64,000 bases of DNA from Candidatus Aceula meridiana (GCA_030765185.1 JAVCDE010000003.1:64038-128037); one strand, 5' to 3'. Positions 28,626 through 38,890 are shown, numbered from the stretch's first letter. Numbers and translations are program-made. Notes: generated from the letters alone by a model not told the origin.

Positions 28626-28943
28626 ATGTATGCAATTGTTCAACTTGGCCCACATCAATATAAGGTATCTGAGGGCGATACAATTGAGGCTCAAAAGCTA
28701 GACGCAAAAGAAGGTAAAAGTATCACCATTGATCAGGTTTTGATGTACGCAAAAGGACAGACTGTTAAAGTCGGTCAACCCTACCTAAAGGATGTCAAAG
28801 TTACCGCTACAGTTATCGGCGAAAAGAAGGATAAAAAAGTTGTTTCTTTTAAGTATAAAAAACGAAAAGATTCTTCTTGGAAAAAAGGACATCGTCAAAA
28901 AAAGACAGCTTTAAGCATCACTAAGATTGATGCCAAAGAATAA
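28626..28943 (+). CDS. rplU: 50S ribosomal protein L21
   Basis: MYAIVQLGPHQYKVSEGD... is the canonical L21 N-terminus. RBS AAGGAGG. Confidence 0.9.
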   Translation: MYAIVQLGPHQYKVSEGDTIEAQKLDAKEGKSITIDQVLMYAKGQTVKVGQPYLKDVKVTATVIGEKKDKKVVSFKYKKRKDSSWKKGHRQKKTALSITKIDAKE

Positions 28944-28968
28944 GATTGTTTTATCCGAAAGAAGGTGA

Positions 28969-29964
28969 GTGAAAATGGCCGCTTTCGTCGATGAAGCGCG
29001 AATCTTTGTAGCCGCCGGTAACGGAGGAAAGGGTTGTGAAAGTTTTTATTCCGATAAGCTTAATCGGCATCCTCGGCCTGATGGCGGCGATGGCGGAAAT
29101 GGTGGAAATGTTGTTATTTTAGCAAGCCGTTCCGTCCAGACACTTCTTGATTATAAATTCAGACAGCATCATAAGGCGCAAAGAGGCGGACACGCTAGCA
29201 GTAAAAATAAGACTGGGAAGACAGGCGAAGACTGCATTCTAAGAGTTCCCCTCGGGACAATCATTAGAGATTATGATACCGGGCTTTTAATTAAAGATTT
29301 AACGCGTGATGAACAGAGTGTTGTCATTGCCAGGGGAGGCGCTGGTGGAATTGGAAATAATCGCAACCGTACGCCTAAGCCGCCAGAACTTGGGGAGGCG
29401 AGCACCCTTAAGCTTGAGTTAAAAATTGTTGCTGATGTCGGGTTGATAGGATTTCCTAATGTCGGAAAATCTACCTTGATTTCGGCAATTTCGAAAGTTC
29501 ATTCTAAGATTGCGAATTATCCTTTTACAACGAAACAGCCGATTTTAGGATTTGTTGAAAGCGATGATGAAAATTTTCATTTTGTTGTTGCCGATTTGCC
29601 TGGATTGATTGAGGGAGCACATTTAGGGAAAGGTCTCGGGGATAGGTTCTTAAAACATGCCGAACGCACGCGTATTCTCGTTCATGTTTTAGATATGGCT
29701 CCTATCGGTGGGCGTGATCCCCTAGAGGATTATGAGAAAATTAACGAAGAACTCAAAGCATACAGCTCAAAGCTGTTTTTAAAGCGACAAATTGTTGTTG
29801 CCAACAAGATGGACTTTCCTACAGCTGGTGACCAATTGAAGCGTTTCCGTAAGAAGTACAAAGAAACTATTTTTGCTGTTTCAGCTTTAGAAAAAACAGG
29901 ATTAGAGAATTTAATTAATCAAATAAAAGAAATATTATGTCACGACAATTTCCAAGAAAAATAA
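28969..29964 (+). CDS. obg: GTPase Obg/CgtA
   Basis: Obg fold N-terminus FVDEARIFVAAGNGGKGCESF, Gly-rich GGDGGNGGNV, G1-G4 GTP-binding motifs (GFPNVGKST, DLPG, NKMD). Confidence 0.9.
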   Translation: MKMAAFVDEARIFVAAGNGGKGCESFYSDKLNRHPRPDGGDGGNGGNVVILASRSVQTLLDYKFRQHHKAQRGGHASSKNKTGKTGEDCILRVPLGTIIRDYDTGLLIKDLTRDEQSVVIARGGAGGIGNNRNRTPKPPELGEASTLKLELKIVADVGLIGFPNVGKSTLISAISKVHSKIANYPFTTKQPILGFVESDDENFHFVVADLPGLIEGAHLGKGLGDRFLKHAERTRILVHVLDMAPIGGRDPLEDYEKINEELKAYSSKLFLKRQIVVANKMDFPTAGDQLKRFRKKYKETIFAVSALEKTGLENLINQIKEILCHDNFQEK

Positions 29965-31025
29965 AACGGATTGTTATCAAAATTGGCTCGGGGATTATTG
30001 CTAATTATTATATGAATCCGAAGAAATCATGTTTTCAATCTGTCATTAAACAAATCGGCCAGATGCGAAAAAAAGGCATTGAGGTTGTTTTGGTAAGTTC
30101 TGGATCTATCGTTTTAGGCTTAGGCGAAACCAAACAGCACATTCGTCCCTCTGGCGTAGCTTCTTTGCAGGCATTGGCGGCGATTGGACAAAATGTTTTA
30201 ATGCGCACGTATAGCGATTTGCTTAAGAAGAGCAAACTGTGCTGTGCTCAGGTTTTGTTAACGTGGGATGATTTTGACAACAGGCTTCGTTACAAAAATG
30301 CCCGTCACACCATTGACAAAATTTTAAGCTACGGCGTTGTTCCGATTATTAACGAAAACGATACCATTTCGACTGATGAGATTAAATTCGGAGACAATGA
30401 TAGGCTTTCGGCGTTGGTGGCTAGCCTTATTCAGGCAGATCTTCTTGTTATGCTTTCGGATGTTGACGGCCTCTATGAAGTAAAAAATGGCAAAAAGAAA
30501 GTTTTTAAGGAAATCCGTGAGGTTACGAAAGAAATTGAAGGCTTAGCCGGTGGGACTGATAAAAAACATATCTCAAAGGGCGGAATGATTACCAAATTAG
30601 AAGCTGTTAAGATTGCGACTCATGCAAAAATTCCGTGTATTATCGCGAACGGGGAAACTTTAAATGTTTTAACGGATATTCTAAAAGGAAAACGTATTGG
30701 TACTTTTTTTATGGAAAAAGAGGAAAAGCTTTTATCCCGTCGTCATTGGATTTCTTTTGGCGCTAAATCAAAAGGAAAGATTATTATCGATAATGGTGCT
30801 AAAGAAGTCCTTTTAAAAGGGGGCAAAAGCCTTCTTCTGCCGGGAGTCGTTGACTGGGAAGGTCATTTCAGGAAAGAGGATGTTGTCATAGTTTCCTCGC
30901 AGGACGGTCAGGAAATCGCCCGCGGAATTATTAATTATTCTGTTACTGATTTGCATAAGATAGAAGACCGAAAGCAAAAACAAGAGGTTATTCATTGCAA
31001 CAACATGGTTTTATCACAGCGTTAA
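29937..31025 (+). CDS. proB: Glutamate 5-kinase with C-terminal PUA domain
   Basis: Amino-acid kinase fold (KRIVIKIGSG, VPIINENDT) plus PUA. 28-nt overlap with obg. Confidence 0.9.
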   Translation: MSRQFPRKIKRIVIKIGSGIIANYYMNPKKSCFQSVIKQIGQMRKKGIEVVLVSSGSIVLGLGETKQHIRPSGVASLQALAAIGQNVLMRTYSDLLKKSKLCCAQVLLTWDDFDNRLRYKNARHTIDKILSYGVVPIINENDTISTDEIKFGDNDRLSALVASLIQADLLVMLSDVDGLYEVKNGKKKVFKEIREVTKEIEGLAGGTDKKHISKGGMITKLEAVKIATHAKIPCIIANGETLNVLTDILKGKRIGTFFMEKEEKLLSRRHWISFGAKSKGKIIIDNGAKEVLLKGGKSLLLPGVVDWEGHFRKEDVVIVSSQDGQEIARGIINYSVTDLHKIEDRKQKQEVIHCNNMVLSQR

Positions 31026-31040
31026 TTTAAAAGGAAATTA

Positions 31041-32300
31041 ATGTCTTTAGAAAAAAAAATATTAATCTTAGCCAAAAAAGCCAAAAAAGCTGCACAAGCT
31101 ATGGCTATGGTTTCAGCGGATGAGAAAAACAAAGCTTTACGGTTAATGGCAAAAAGCATTTTAGCGCATAAAAAATTTCTTATTCGTGAAAATCAAAAGG
31201 ATCTTAAAGCGGCGAGATTAAAAGGGTATCCGAGGGCTTTAGTAGATCGCCTGACATTAAATGAAAAACGCATCAAGGCTATGGCTGACTGCCTTTTAGA
31301 TACGACACGGCTTAAAGACCCTGTTGGAGAGGTTCTGGTGAGTTTTAAGAGGCCTAACGGGCTGCTGATCAAAAAAGTTCGTACGCCGATTGGTGTTGTT
31401 GGTATTATTTATGAGTCTAGGCCAAACGTCACAAGCGATTGTATTGGTCTGTGCCTAAAGTCAGGAAATGTTTCTATTTTAAAAGGCGGCAAAGAAGCTT
31501 TTTATTCGAATAAGGCTATTTTTGATGTTTTGCAGAAATCAATAGCAAAAACAAAAATTCCTAAAGATGCTATCCATTTAATTCCATCAACTGACCGCAA
31601 ATCCGTTAATGTACTTTTAAAGCTCGATGAATATGTTGATGTTATTATTCCCCGCGGGGGTGAAAGTCTAATAAAATTTGTCGCGCAGAACTCTTGCATT
31701 CCTGTTATCAAACACTATAAAGGCGTCTGCCATACTTATGTGAGCCTGCATGCTAATTTGAATATGGCTTATAGGATTTGTTACAATGCAAAAGTGCAAA
31801 GGCCTGGAGTGTGCAACGCCATGGAAACGATGCTTGTGGATGAAAGAATCGCAAAACGTTTCTTGCCGAAAATGATTTCTTTGCTTAAAGAGGCCGGAGT
31901 TGAAATTCGTGGCTGCGCCAAAACAAAGAAAATTATCAAAAAAGGCATTAAGAAAGTTTCTGCATCTGACTGGCCTGAAGAATATCTTGATTTAATTTTA
32001 GCCGTTAAGGTTGTCAAAAATTTAAAAGAAGCCATTGAACACATCAACATTTATGGTTCAAAGCATTCTGATGCAATTGTTACACGCAACAAGAAAGAAG
32101 CACAGGAGTTTTTAAAAGCCGTTGATTCATCTTGTCTTTATGTCAATGCCTCAACGCGTTTTACCGATGGGTATGAATTTGGTTTTGGCGCTGAGGTGGG
32201 TATTAGCACAGATAAGCTTCATGCGCGCGGGCCCATGGCATTACCTGAGCTCACAACCTACAAGTATCTTGTTTTGGGGAAAGGGCAGATTAGGAAATAG
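31041..32300 (+). CDS. proA: Gamma-glutamyl phosphate reductase
   Basis: 419-aa aldehyde-dehydrogenase-family protein with GPR N-terminus and catalytic Cys region (NASTRFTDG). Confidence 0.9.
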   Translation: MSLEKKILILAKKAKKAAQAMAMVSADEKNKALRLMAKSILAHKKFLIRENQKDLKAARLKGYPRALVDRLTLNEKRIKAMADCLLDTTRLKDPVGEVLVSFKRPNGLLIKKVRTPIGVVGIIYESRPNVTSDCIGLCLKSGNVSILKGGKEAFYSNKAIFDVLQKSIAKTKIPKDAIHLIPSTDRKSVNVLLKLDEYVDVIIPRGGESLIKFVAQNSCIPVIKHYKGVCHTYVSLHANLNMAYRICYNAKVQRPGVCNAMETMLVDERIAKRFLPKMISLLKEAGVEIRGCAKTKKIIKKGIKKVSASDWPEEYLDLILAVKVVKNLKEAIEHINIYGSKHSDAIVTRNKKEAQEFLKAVDSSCLYVNASTRFTDGYEFGFGAEVGISTDKLHARGPMALPELTTYKYLVLGKGQIRK

Positions 32301-32882
32301 ATGACCAAGCGAATCGGTGTTTTAGGTGGCACGTTTAATCCTATTCATGTTGGGCATTTGGCGATTGCGCAGGTGGCGTTAGAAAGAATGCATTTATCAA
32401 AAGTTATTTTTGTGCCGGCACATATTCCGCCACACAAAAATCGTAAGATTGTTGCCGGTGCCAAGCATCGATTTCGTATGACAGAGCTTGCTATTGAAAA
32501 TAATCCGCATTTTGAGATTTCGGATTTTGAGATTACTAAAAAAGGAAAATCGTACACTATTGATACGATGCAGCATTTTCGGGAAGTTTATTCTGAAGAT
32601 ACGCGTTTGTTTTTTATTATTGGAGAGGATACACTTTCACAGCTTCCGCGATGGCGATATATTGATGATATTTTAAAGATTTCTGATTTTATTGTTGTTA
32701 ATCGTCCAGGGCATACAAAAAAGAGCACAGACATCAAGCATTCTAGCGTAATTATGCCAGGAATTGATATTTCTTCATCTTATGTTCGGTTGCGTATTAC
32801 GGAAAAAAGAACAGTTCGGTATTTTGTGCTAGATAAAGTCATTGATTATATTAAACAAAACAAACTCTATGAAAGTTCATAA
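32301..32882 (+). CDS. nadD: Nicotinate-nucleotide adenylyltransferase
   Basis: IGVLGGTFNPIHVGH (HxGH nucleotidyltransferase motif), 193 aa. Starts 1 nt after the proA stop. Confidence 0.9.
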   Translation: MTKRIGVLGGTFNPIHVGHLAIAQVALERMHLSKVIFVPAHIPPHKNRKIVAGAKHRFRMTELAIENNPHFEISDFEITKKGKSYTIDTMQHFREVYSEDTRLFFIIGEDTLSQLPRWRYIDDILKISDFIVVNRPGHTKKSTDIKHSSVIMPGIDISSSYVRLRITEKRTVRYFVLDKVIDYIKQNKLYESS

Positions 32883-32904
32883 AAAAGACAAAGGAGTAAT
32901 TTCT

Positions 32905-34332
32905 ATGTGCCAAAATGCAAAAAATGAGATTAAATTTGGAACTGACGGATGGCGTGCTGTTATTTCGAAGGAATTCACTTTCAAAAATGTTGCGATTCTT
33001 GCCCAAGCTATTAGTGAGTGGGTTCGCCATGATTTGCCTCGGAAATCAGGGCAACGAAAGCGTGTGGCTGTAGGATTCGATACTCGATTTCTTTCTGATA
33101 AATACGCAAGGACTGTTGCCTGTGTTTTAGCAAGAAATAACATTGAAGTTTATCTTTCTGATGCGCCCATCCCGACACCAGCTTTAAGTTTTATTTTGAC
33201 ACGATTAAAATGTGTTGCCGGCATTATGATTACCGCAAGCCATAATCCCGGAGAGTTTAATGGGGTAAAAATTAAAACAGCTCAAGGCGGCGCGGCATCG
33301 CGAGAAATTACTGATTTGGTTGAAGATTATCTTTGCGAGAGCGAAGTTCAGATGGCAGACTTTGAAGAGGCCAAAAAAAAGAAAGATCTTATCGTTTATA
33401 ATTTTAAAGAAGAGTATGTTCAGTTTTTAAGAAATTATTTAGACTTGAAAGCTTTAAAAAAGGTTCGCTACAAGGTTTTAGTGGATGCGATGCACGGCAG
33501 CGGAGATAGCTTAGCCTTAGATGTTCTTAAGGGAACAAGTATCCGTGCTTCTGTTATGCGTAGCGACATTAATCCTTCTTTTGAGGGACAAAAGCCTGAA
33601 CCTGTTGAAGAATATGTTTCTGAGCTTAAGGAGCGCGTGAAAAAGGAAAAGTTTGATATTGGTCTTATTCTAGATGGCGATGCCGATCGTATTGCTGCGG
33701 TCACCTCAGATGGTGAATATGTTAGTCCGCAGAAGATTTTGGGCCTGATTATTCTTCATCTGGCACGTAATAAAGGGAAGACAGGTGGCATTATTAAAAC
33801 AATTTGCGGAACGACAATGCTTGACCACATCGCTGAAAAATTGGGTCTAAAGCTTTATGAAACACCTGTAGGCTTCAAATATATTTCTGATTTAATGATT
33901 TCTGAAGACATTTTAGCCGGTGGCGAAGAAGCCGGCGGAATTGGCGTTCGGGATTACATCCCGGAACGAGATGGAACATTAGCCGGACTTTTGCTTTTGG
34001 AAATGATGGCTTATCGTAAAAAAAGTTTTAAGAAGCTTATTAAAGAAATGGAAAAAGAGTTTGGCCGTTATTTCTATGAGCGTGCAGATTTAAAAACAAA
34101 AAAGAAATCGTTCGATTTGCAGAAAATTAAATCTTTAAAGCGCATTATGGGCAAGAAGGTCGTAAATGTTAAAACTTTCGACGGAGTCAAGCTTATTCGT
34201 GAGGATGAGAGCTGGATTATGTTTAGGCCGTCGGGGACAGAACCTCTTATTCGCTCTTATGTTGAAGCAAAATCAGCTAAAAAGGCTAAGGATTTGATTG
34301 CTTACGGCAAACTAATGCTTAAGAAATTATAA
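32905..34332 (+). CDS. Phosphoglucomutase/phosphomannomutase-family alpha-D-phosphohexomutase
   Basis: FGTDGWRA N-terminus, active-site TASHNP Ser loop, Mg-binding DGDADR, sugar-binding GGEEAGG. Start placed at the ATG at 32905 (RBS AAGGAG 8 nt upstream). Confidence 0.85.
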   Translation: MCQNAKNEIKFGTDGWRAVISKEFTFKNVAILAQAISEWVRHDLPRKSGQRKRVAVGFDTRFLSDKYARTVACVLARNNIEVYLSDAPIPTPALSFILTRLKCVAGIMITASHNPGEFNGVKIKTAQGGAASREITDLVEDYLCESEVQMADFEEAKKKKDLIVYNFKEEYVQFLRNYLDLKALKKVRYKVLVDAMHGSGDSLALDVLKGTSIRASVMRSDINPSFEGQKPEPVEEYVSELKERVKKEKFDIGLILDGDADRIAAVTSDGEYVSPQKILGLIILHLARNKGKTGGIIKTICGTTMLDHIAEKLGLKLYETPVGFKYISDLMISEDILAGGEEAGGIGVRDYIPERDGTLAGLLLLEMMAYRKKSFKKLIKEMEKEFGRYFYERADLKTKKKSFDLQKIKSLKRIMGKKVVNVKTFDGVKLIREDESWIMFRPSGTEPLIRSYVEAKSAKKAKDLIAYGKLMLKKL

Positions 34333-34342
34333 GGCTTAAAAA

Positions 34343-34936
34343 ATGTTTTATTGGCCAGGCTTTATCTTTTTTTGGATTTTTTATAAAATATTTTTAAGGC
34401 TTGAATCTTTTGGCCGGGAAAATATTCCTCGTAAGGGCGGATATCTTATTGCCAGCAATCATTTGAGCAATTTGGATCCGATGATTATTGGCATTGCCGC
34501 AGGGCGAAAGATCAGCTTTATGGCTAAGGACTCGCTTTTTAAAAATTGTTTTTTTGGTTTCATTTTGCGCGGTGTTATGGCGTTTCCTGTTAGGCGCGGG
34601 TCTCTAGATGTCAGCACAGTTAAAGAGGCGGTTAGGCGTCTTAAAACAGGAGGCCTTGTTGTTTTTCCTCAAGGGACACGACGCACCATTGATTTTGATT
34701 TAAAAGGGATTAAATCAGGCGTAGGGCTTTTAGCTGCTAAGGCCGATGTTCCTATTGTTCCGGCATTTATTAACGGGTCTGATAAGGCGATGCCGCCTGG
34801 TGCAAAATTTATAAGACCTGCAAAAACATTTGTCCGTTTTGGAAAACCTATTCGAGTAGGCAAGGATCTTTCTTATGAGGAGACTGCGCTTAAAGTTATG
34901 ACAGAAATAAAACAATTATCACAGCAAGAGGCATAA
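34343..34936 (+). CDS. plsC: 1-acyl-sn-glycerol-3-phosphate acyltransferase
   Basis: HxxxxD acyltransferase box (IASNHLSNLDP) and FPQGTR motif, 197 aa. Confidence 0.85.
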   Translation: MFYWPGFIFFWIFYKIFLRLESFGRENIPRKGGYLIASNHLSNLDPMIIGIAAGRKISFMAKDSLFKNCFFGFILRGVMAFPVRRGSLDVSTVKEAVRRLKTGGLVVFPQGTRRTIDFDLKGIKSGVGLLAAKADVPIVPAFINGSDKAMPPGAKFIRPAKTFVRFGKPIRVGKDLSYEETALKVMTEIKQLSQQEA

Positions 34937-34938
34937 AA

Positions 34939-35748
34939 ATGGCAAAAAAGATTTTAGTTGTTGATGACGAACCTGACGTTAGCGAGCTGATTAAAAAAAG
35001 ACTTGAGGCTCACGGCATTGAAGTCGATACCGCAGAAGATGGTGAAAAAGCTCTTTTAAAGGCGCGAGAGTCAAAGCCAGATTTAATTATTACAGATATT
35101 GTAATGCCTGTGATGGATGGGTTTGCTCTTTACAAAGAACTTCAAAAAGATGCCTTGCTTGCGAATATTCCTCTTTTGATTTTGTCCGGGCGAAAGAAAA
35201 TGGAAGATTCTTTTCGGGCGATGGGGGTCGAGCATTTCGTCGGAAAACCTTTTGAGGCCGATCAACTTTTGGAAAAGGTTAATCAACTTCTAAGCCAAGA
35301 AGTGGGCATCGAGGCAGAAGAGCTGTCGACAACTCCAAAAGCTGTCGGAAAGAAAATTCTTATTGCAAGTTCTCAGAAGACTGTTGCAGAGAATATGCGC
35401 GACCAGCTTGAGAAACAAGGGCATATTTTAGAGTGTACCCTTGACGGGCCGCACACGATTGTTCGAGCTGTTGATTTTTTACCGGATGTTTTTATTTTGG
35501 ATATTGACTTGGATGAAATGCCTTGTCCCGAAGTTATTAAAACTCTGAGGTATTTACCAGTTATAAAGACAAGAGAGATTTTAACCTTTAGCTCCCGTGA
35601 TGCGGCCGGTAGCCGCGATTCGGCGGGGATGGAAAGTCTTGCATCAACAGATGAAGCTGTTGAAGCTTGCAAGGGGGCAGGGGCTTCCGCTTCTTTAGGG
35701 CCTTTTAAAGAATTTACTTTTTTAAAGTCTGTCCAAAAGTATTTTTAA
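34939..35748 (+). CDS. Orphan response regulator: canonical receiver + degenerate second receiver-like domain + low-complexity tail, no output domain
   Basis: REC1 has LVVDDEPD, phospho-acceptor ITDIVMPVMDG and K of FVGKPF. The second domain (KKILIASSQ...VFILDIDLDEMP) lacks the acidic pair. Tail is rich in S/A/G/D. Confidence 0.75.
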   Translation: MAKKILVVDDEPDVSELIKKRLEAHGIEVDTAEDGEKALLKARESKPDLIITDIVMPVMDGFALYKELQKDALLANIPLLILSGRKKMEDSFRAMGVEHFVGKPFEADQLLEKVNQLLSQEVGIEAEELSTTPKAVGKKILIASSQKTVAENMRDQLEKQGHILECTLDGPHTIVRAVDFLPDVFILDIDLDEMPCPEVIKTLRYLPVIKTREILTFSSRDAAGSRDSAGMESLASTDEAVEACKGAGASASLGPFKEFTFLKSVQKYF

Positions 35749-35843
35749 AGCTCTGGAGTAATAAGTTTTTTTATTATTTTTCCTCGTTTTATAATTTTTT
35801 ATTTCTTATTTTTCAATAATTAAGATTTTCTCAAAGATTTTAG

Positions 35844-35872
35844 TTGACAAAAGAGGGCTTTTCGAACATAAT
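35844..35872 (+). promoter_or_regulatory. sigma70-type promoter for rpsA (TTGACA-17-CATAAT)
   Basis: Consensus -35 at 35844-35849, 17-nt spacer, -10 CATAAT at 35867-35872. Leader of ~70 nt before the ATG at 35945. Confidence 0.5.
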
Positions 35873-35944
35873 TTGGTACTTTTGTTTGCGCAGTTTTGCG
35901 TTACGGGCAAGCAAAAGAATAAAATTAGAGAGAGGTATTTTTTT

Positions 35945-37594
35945 ATGTCAGAGAAGAAACAATCAATCATGGCAGAGTTGTACGAACAGACTCTGCGAAC
36001 AATCTCCGAAGGCGAAATCGTCACGGGAGAAATCGTCGGGATTACCGAAAAGGATGTGGTCGTCGATATTGGATTTAAATCCGAAGGGTTTATTTCTGTT
36101 GATGAATTTCGTGATCCTGAACAAAGGACGTTAGGAAGCAAGGTCGATGTCCTTGTTGAATCTGTTGAAGATGATAAAGGCAGGCTTATCTTATCGCATT
36201 CTAAGGCCCAGAAGCTTAAGGGTTGGCAAAAAATTGTTGAAGAAGTAGATGAGGGAACGGCTGTTGAAGGCCGTGTTATTAAGCAAGTCAACGGTGGTTA
36301 TATTGTAGATATGCAAGGCGTTGATGCATTTTTACCGAGATCGCTTTCATCGTTTAAAGGTATGCTTCCTAAAGATGTCATTGGAGCTAAGTATGCATTT
36401 ATTGTAACAAAGATGAATAAGCAACGCCGCAACATTATTCTTTCTCGTCGAGAAGTTGTTCAAAAAGAGCGTGATGCGGTTAAGGCACAGCTTTGGGAAA
36501 AGATTGAAAAAGGTCAAAAGCGTCTTGGAAAAGTTAAAGGCATCACTGATTTCGGCGCCTTTATCGACTTAGGTGGGATTGACGGGCTTTTGCACATTAC
36601 AGATATGAGTTGGTCTCGCATCAATCACCCATCAGAGCTTGTGGCTGTTGGCGATGAAATTGAAGTTCTCATTTTAGATTTTGATAAAGAAAAATCTAAA
36701 GTTTCATTAGGTTTAAAGCAAATCACAGCGAACCCTTGGGAAGGAATTGAAGATAAGTATCCTGTCGGATCAAAAATTCAAGGTAAGATTGTTAATATTA
36801 TGCCTTATGGTGTTTTTATTGAAATTGATAAAGGCATCGAAGGTCTTTTACATTCTTCAGAAATTTCCTGGCAAAAGAAGATGGTCAATCCTCAAGAAAT
36901 GTTTGCCATTGGAGATATGATTGAAGTCCAAATTATCAGTATTGATAAAGACACAAAGCGTATTTCCCTAAGTCTTAGGCAACTTGAGAAAAATCCTTGG
37001 CTTGAAGCTGAAGAAAAATTTCCGATTGGCGTAAAGATTGAAGGTAAAATTCGCGGATTCACCGATTACGGTGCTTTTGTTGAGCTTGAAGGAAGCATTG
37101 AAGGGATGATCCATGTTTCTGACATGTCCTGGACGCGAAAAGTCAGCCATCCTCAGGAAATTTTCAAAAAGGGGCAAACTGCAGAAGTTGTTGTTTTAGG
37201 CGTTGATCCTGAACAGCGTAAAATCACATTAGGTTACAAGCAGCTTAAAGACAACCCTTGGACAGAAATTGCTGAGCGTTATCCTGTCGGACAAATGCTT
37301 AATGCCGAAGTTGTTATGAATTCTGATTTTGGCGTTTTTGTCAAATTAGAAGAAGAGCTTGAAGGCTTAATTTATGCTTCTGAGATTGACAAAACTGTTG
37401 CTCAAGAATTAAAGGCTGGTGACAAAATTGACGTCAAGGTTATTAAAGTTGACGTTGATCAGATGAAAATTGGACTAAGCGCCAAAGCATCAGACGAAAA
37501 GGCCGCTGAAGCATCTGAGGTATCTGAAGTACCTGAGACCCCTGAGGCGACTAAAGCACCTGAAGCAGCAGAAGAGCCGGAACCGGCAGAATAA
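35945..37594 (+). CDS. rpsA: 30S ribosomal protein S1
   Basis: Six S1 (OB) repeats. Start placed at MSEKKQ (ATG 35945) with RBS AGAGAGAGG. C-terminus carries an acidic P/E/A-rich tail. Confidence 0.9.
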   Translation: MSEKKQSIMAELYEQTLRTISEGEIVTGEIVGITEKDVVVDIGFKSEGFISVDEFRDPEQRTLGSKVDVLVESVEDDKGRLILSHSKAQKLKGWQKIVEEVDEGTAVEGRVIKQVNGGYIVDMQGVDAFLPRSLSSFKGMLPKDVIGAKYAFIVTKMNKQRRNIILSRREVVQKERDAVKAQLWEKIEKGQKRLGKVKGITDFGAFIDLGGIDGLLHITDMSWSRINHPSELVAVGDEIEVLILDFDKEKSKVSLGLKQITANPWEGIEDKYPVGSKIQGKIVNIMPYGVFIEIDKGIEGLLHSSEISWQKKMVNPQEMFAIGDMIEVQIISIDKDTKRISLSLRQLEKNPWLEAEEKFPIGVKIEGKIRGFTDYGAFVELEGSIEGMIHVSDMSWTRKVSHPQEIFKKGQTAEVVVLGVDPEQRKITLGYKQLKDNPWTEIAERYPVGQMLNAEVVMNSDFGVFVKLEEELEGLIYASEIDKTVAQELKAGDKIDVKVIKVDVDQMKIGLSAKASDEKAAEASEVSEVPETPEATKAPEAAEEPEPAE

Positions 37595-37611
37595 TAAGCA
37601 CGTCCTATCTA

Positions 37612-37652
37612 CCCTGTTAGAGAATAAATTTTTCTAACAGGGTTTAATTCTT
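37612..37652 (+). terminator. Rho-independent terminator after rpsA
   Basis: 10-bp perfect stem CCCTGTTAGA / TCTAACAGGG (37612-37621 / 37633-37642) with an 11-nt loop, followed by TTTAATTCTTT. Confidence 0.8.
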
Positions 37653-37665
37653 TAAAATACTTGCT

Positions 37666-38832
37666 ATGGAAATCCAAAACGCCATCAAGAAAATTTCTGC
37701 AGGCACAACCGAGATTATCAATCCCGAAATTCTTGAGAAAAAACTTCGTAAGGCTCAAAAGCAAAGAAAAATCCTCACTATTAAGGCTGGTTTTGATCCT
37801 ACCGCCCCTGATTTGCATTTAGGGCATGTGGTGCTTTTGCGAAAATTAAGGCAATTTCAGGATTTGGGTCACAAAGTTTTTTTCCTAATTGGCGATTTTA
37901 CCGCACAGATTGGCGATCCATCAGGCCGCGATCAGATACGCGTTAAGATGTCGCCAAAGCAAGTCGTTCAGAATGCCAAAACCTACCAGGCTCAAGTTTT
38001 CAAAATTCTCGATAAAAAGAAAACCAAGATAGTGTTTAATAGCGCTTGGCTTAAAAAGCTAAAAGCGCAAGATATTCTTGAGCTTTCTTGTCATTGCACT
38101 GTGGCTCAAATGCTTGCCAGGTCAGATTTTAAAAAGCGTTATGATGAAAACAAAGAAATTAGCATCTTAGAGTTTATTTATCCGTTGCTTCAAGGGTATG
38201 ATTCAGTTTATTTAAAGGCGGATGTTGAATTGGGCGGCTCTGACCAGAAATTTAACCTCCTGATGGGACGTCAGCTTCAGGAGGCTTTTGACCAAGAGCC
38301 TCAAGCCGTTGTGATGATGCCACTTCTTGAAGGCACAGATGGTATTCAGAAAATGAGTAAATCTTTAGGAAATTATATTGGTATAGATGAAGACCCTAAA
38401 GAGATTTTTGGGAAAATGATGTCGATTTCTGATGATTTAATGTATCGGTATTATGAGCTGTTAACAGATAAAAATCTTGCTCAAGTTAAGCTTTTACATC
38501 CCAAGGAGGCAAAATTGGCCCTAGCTCAGGACATTGTTGGCCAATTTTATAGTCAAAAACAGGCAAATGTAGAGCGAGAGAGTTTTGAGAAGATTTTTGG
38601 ACAAAAAAAGACCCCGGAAGATATTTCTGTTTATCACATTAGTAAGGGGGAGGCTAAAATTTTAATCGATGTTCTTGTTGGTCAAGGATTAGCCGAATCA
38701 AAGAGTGAGGTCCGCAGACTCCTAAAACAAGGCTCCATAAGCCTTGATGGCCAGAAAATTTTAGATGAAAATTGGCCCCTTCACCCAGGTGTTTTGAAGG
38801 TTGGCAAACGCCGTTTTTTGAAGCTCACTTAA
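37666..38832 (+). CDS. tyrS: Tyrosyl-tRNA synthetase
   Basis: Class I HIGH (DLHLGH) and KMSKS motifs. C-terminal S4 RNA-binding domain ([34 protein letters not shown]) favours TyrS over TrpS. 388 aa. Confidence 0.8.
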   Translation: MEIQNAIKKISAGTTEIINPEILEKKLRKAQKQRKILTIKAGFDPTAPDLHLGHVVLLRKLRQFQDLGHKVFFLIGDFTAQIGDPSGRDQIRVKMSPKQVVQNAKTYQAQVFKILDKKKTKIVFNSAWLKKLKAQDILELSCHCTVAQMLARSDFKKRYDENKEISILEFIYPLLQGYDSVYLKADVELGGSDQKFNLLMGRQLQEAFDQEPQAVVMMPLLEGTDGIQKMSKSLGNYIGIDEDPKEIFGKMMSISDDLMYRYYELLTDKNLAQVKLLHPKEAKLALAQDIVGQFYSQKQANVERESFEKIFGQKKTPEDISVYHISKGEAKILIDVLVGQGLAESKSEVRRLLKQGSISLDGQKILDENWPLHPGVLKVGKRRFLKLT

Positions 38833-38890
38833 GGCTCCTAACCCTAATATTTTGAATATCTTTAGCCTCAAAAATAAATAAGAAAATTAC

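Noticed and set aside
436-34915. Numerous 60-130-aa minus-strand ORFs in the six-frame track, embedded in yggS, proC, ileS, mreB, pilB, proA, pgm, plsC and others
   Set aside because: Every one lies antisense within a well-supported conserved + strand gene, and none has a recognisable motif. They were treated as spurious.
35806-36291. 161-aa minus-strand ORF overlapping the rpsA promoter, leader and 5' coding region
   Set aside because: It is antisense to a highly conserved S1 gene, has a low-complexity S/T/P-rich translation and no RBS. This is a typical shadow ORF.
37666-38832. TrpS as an alternative call for the class I HIGH/KMSKS synthetase
   Set aside because: At 388 aa, with a C-terminal S4 domain, it fits TyrS. 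TrpS is shorter and lacks S4.
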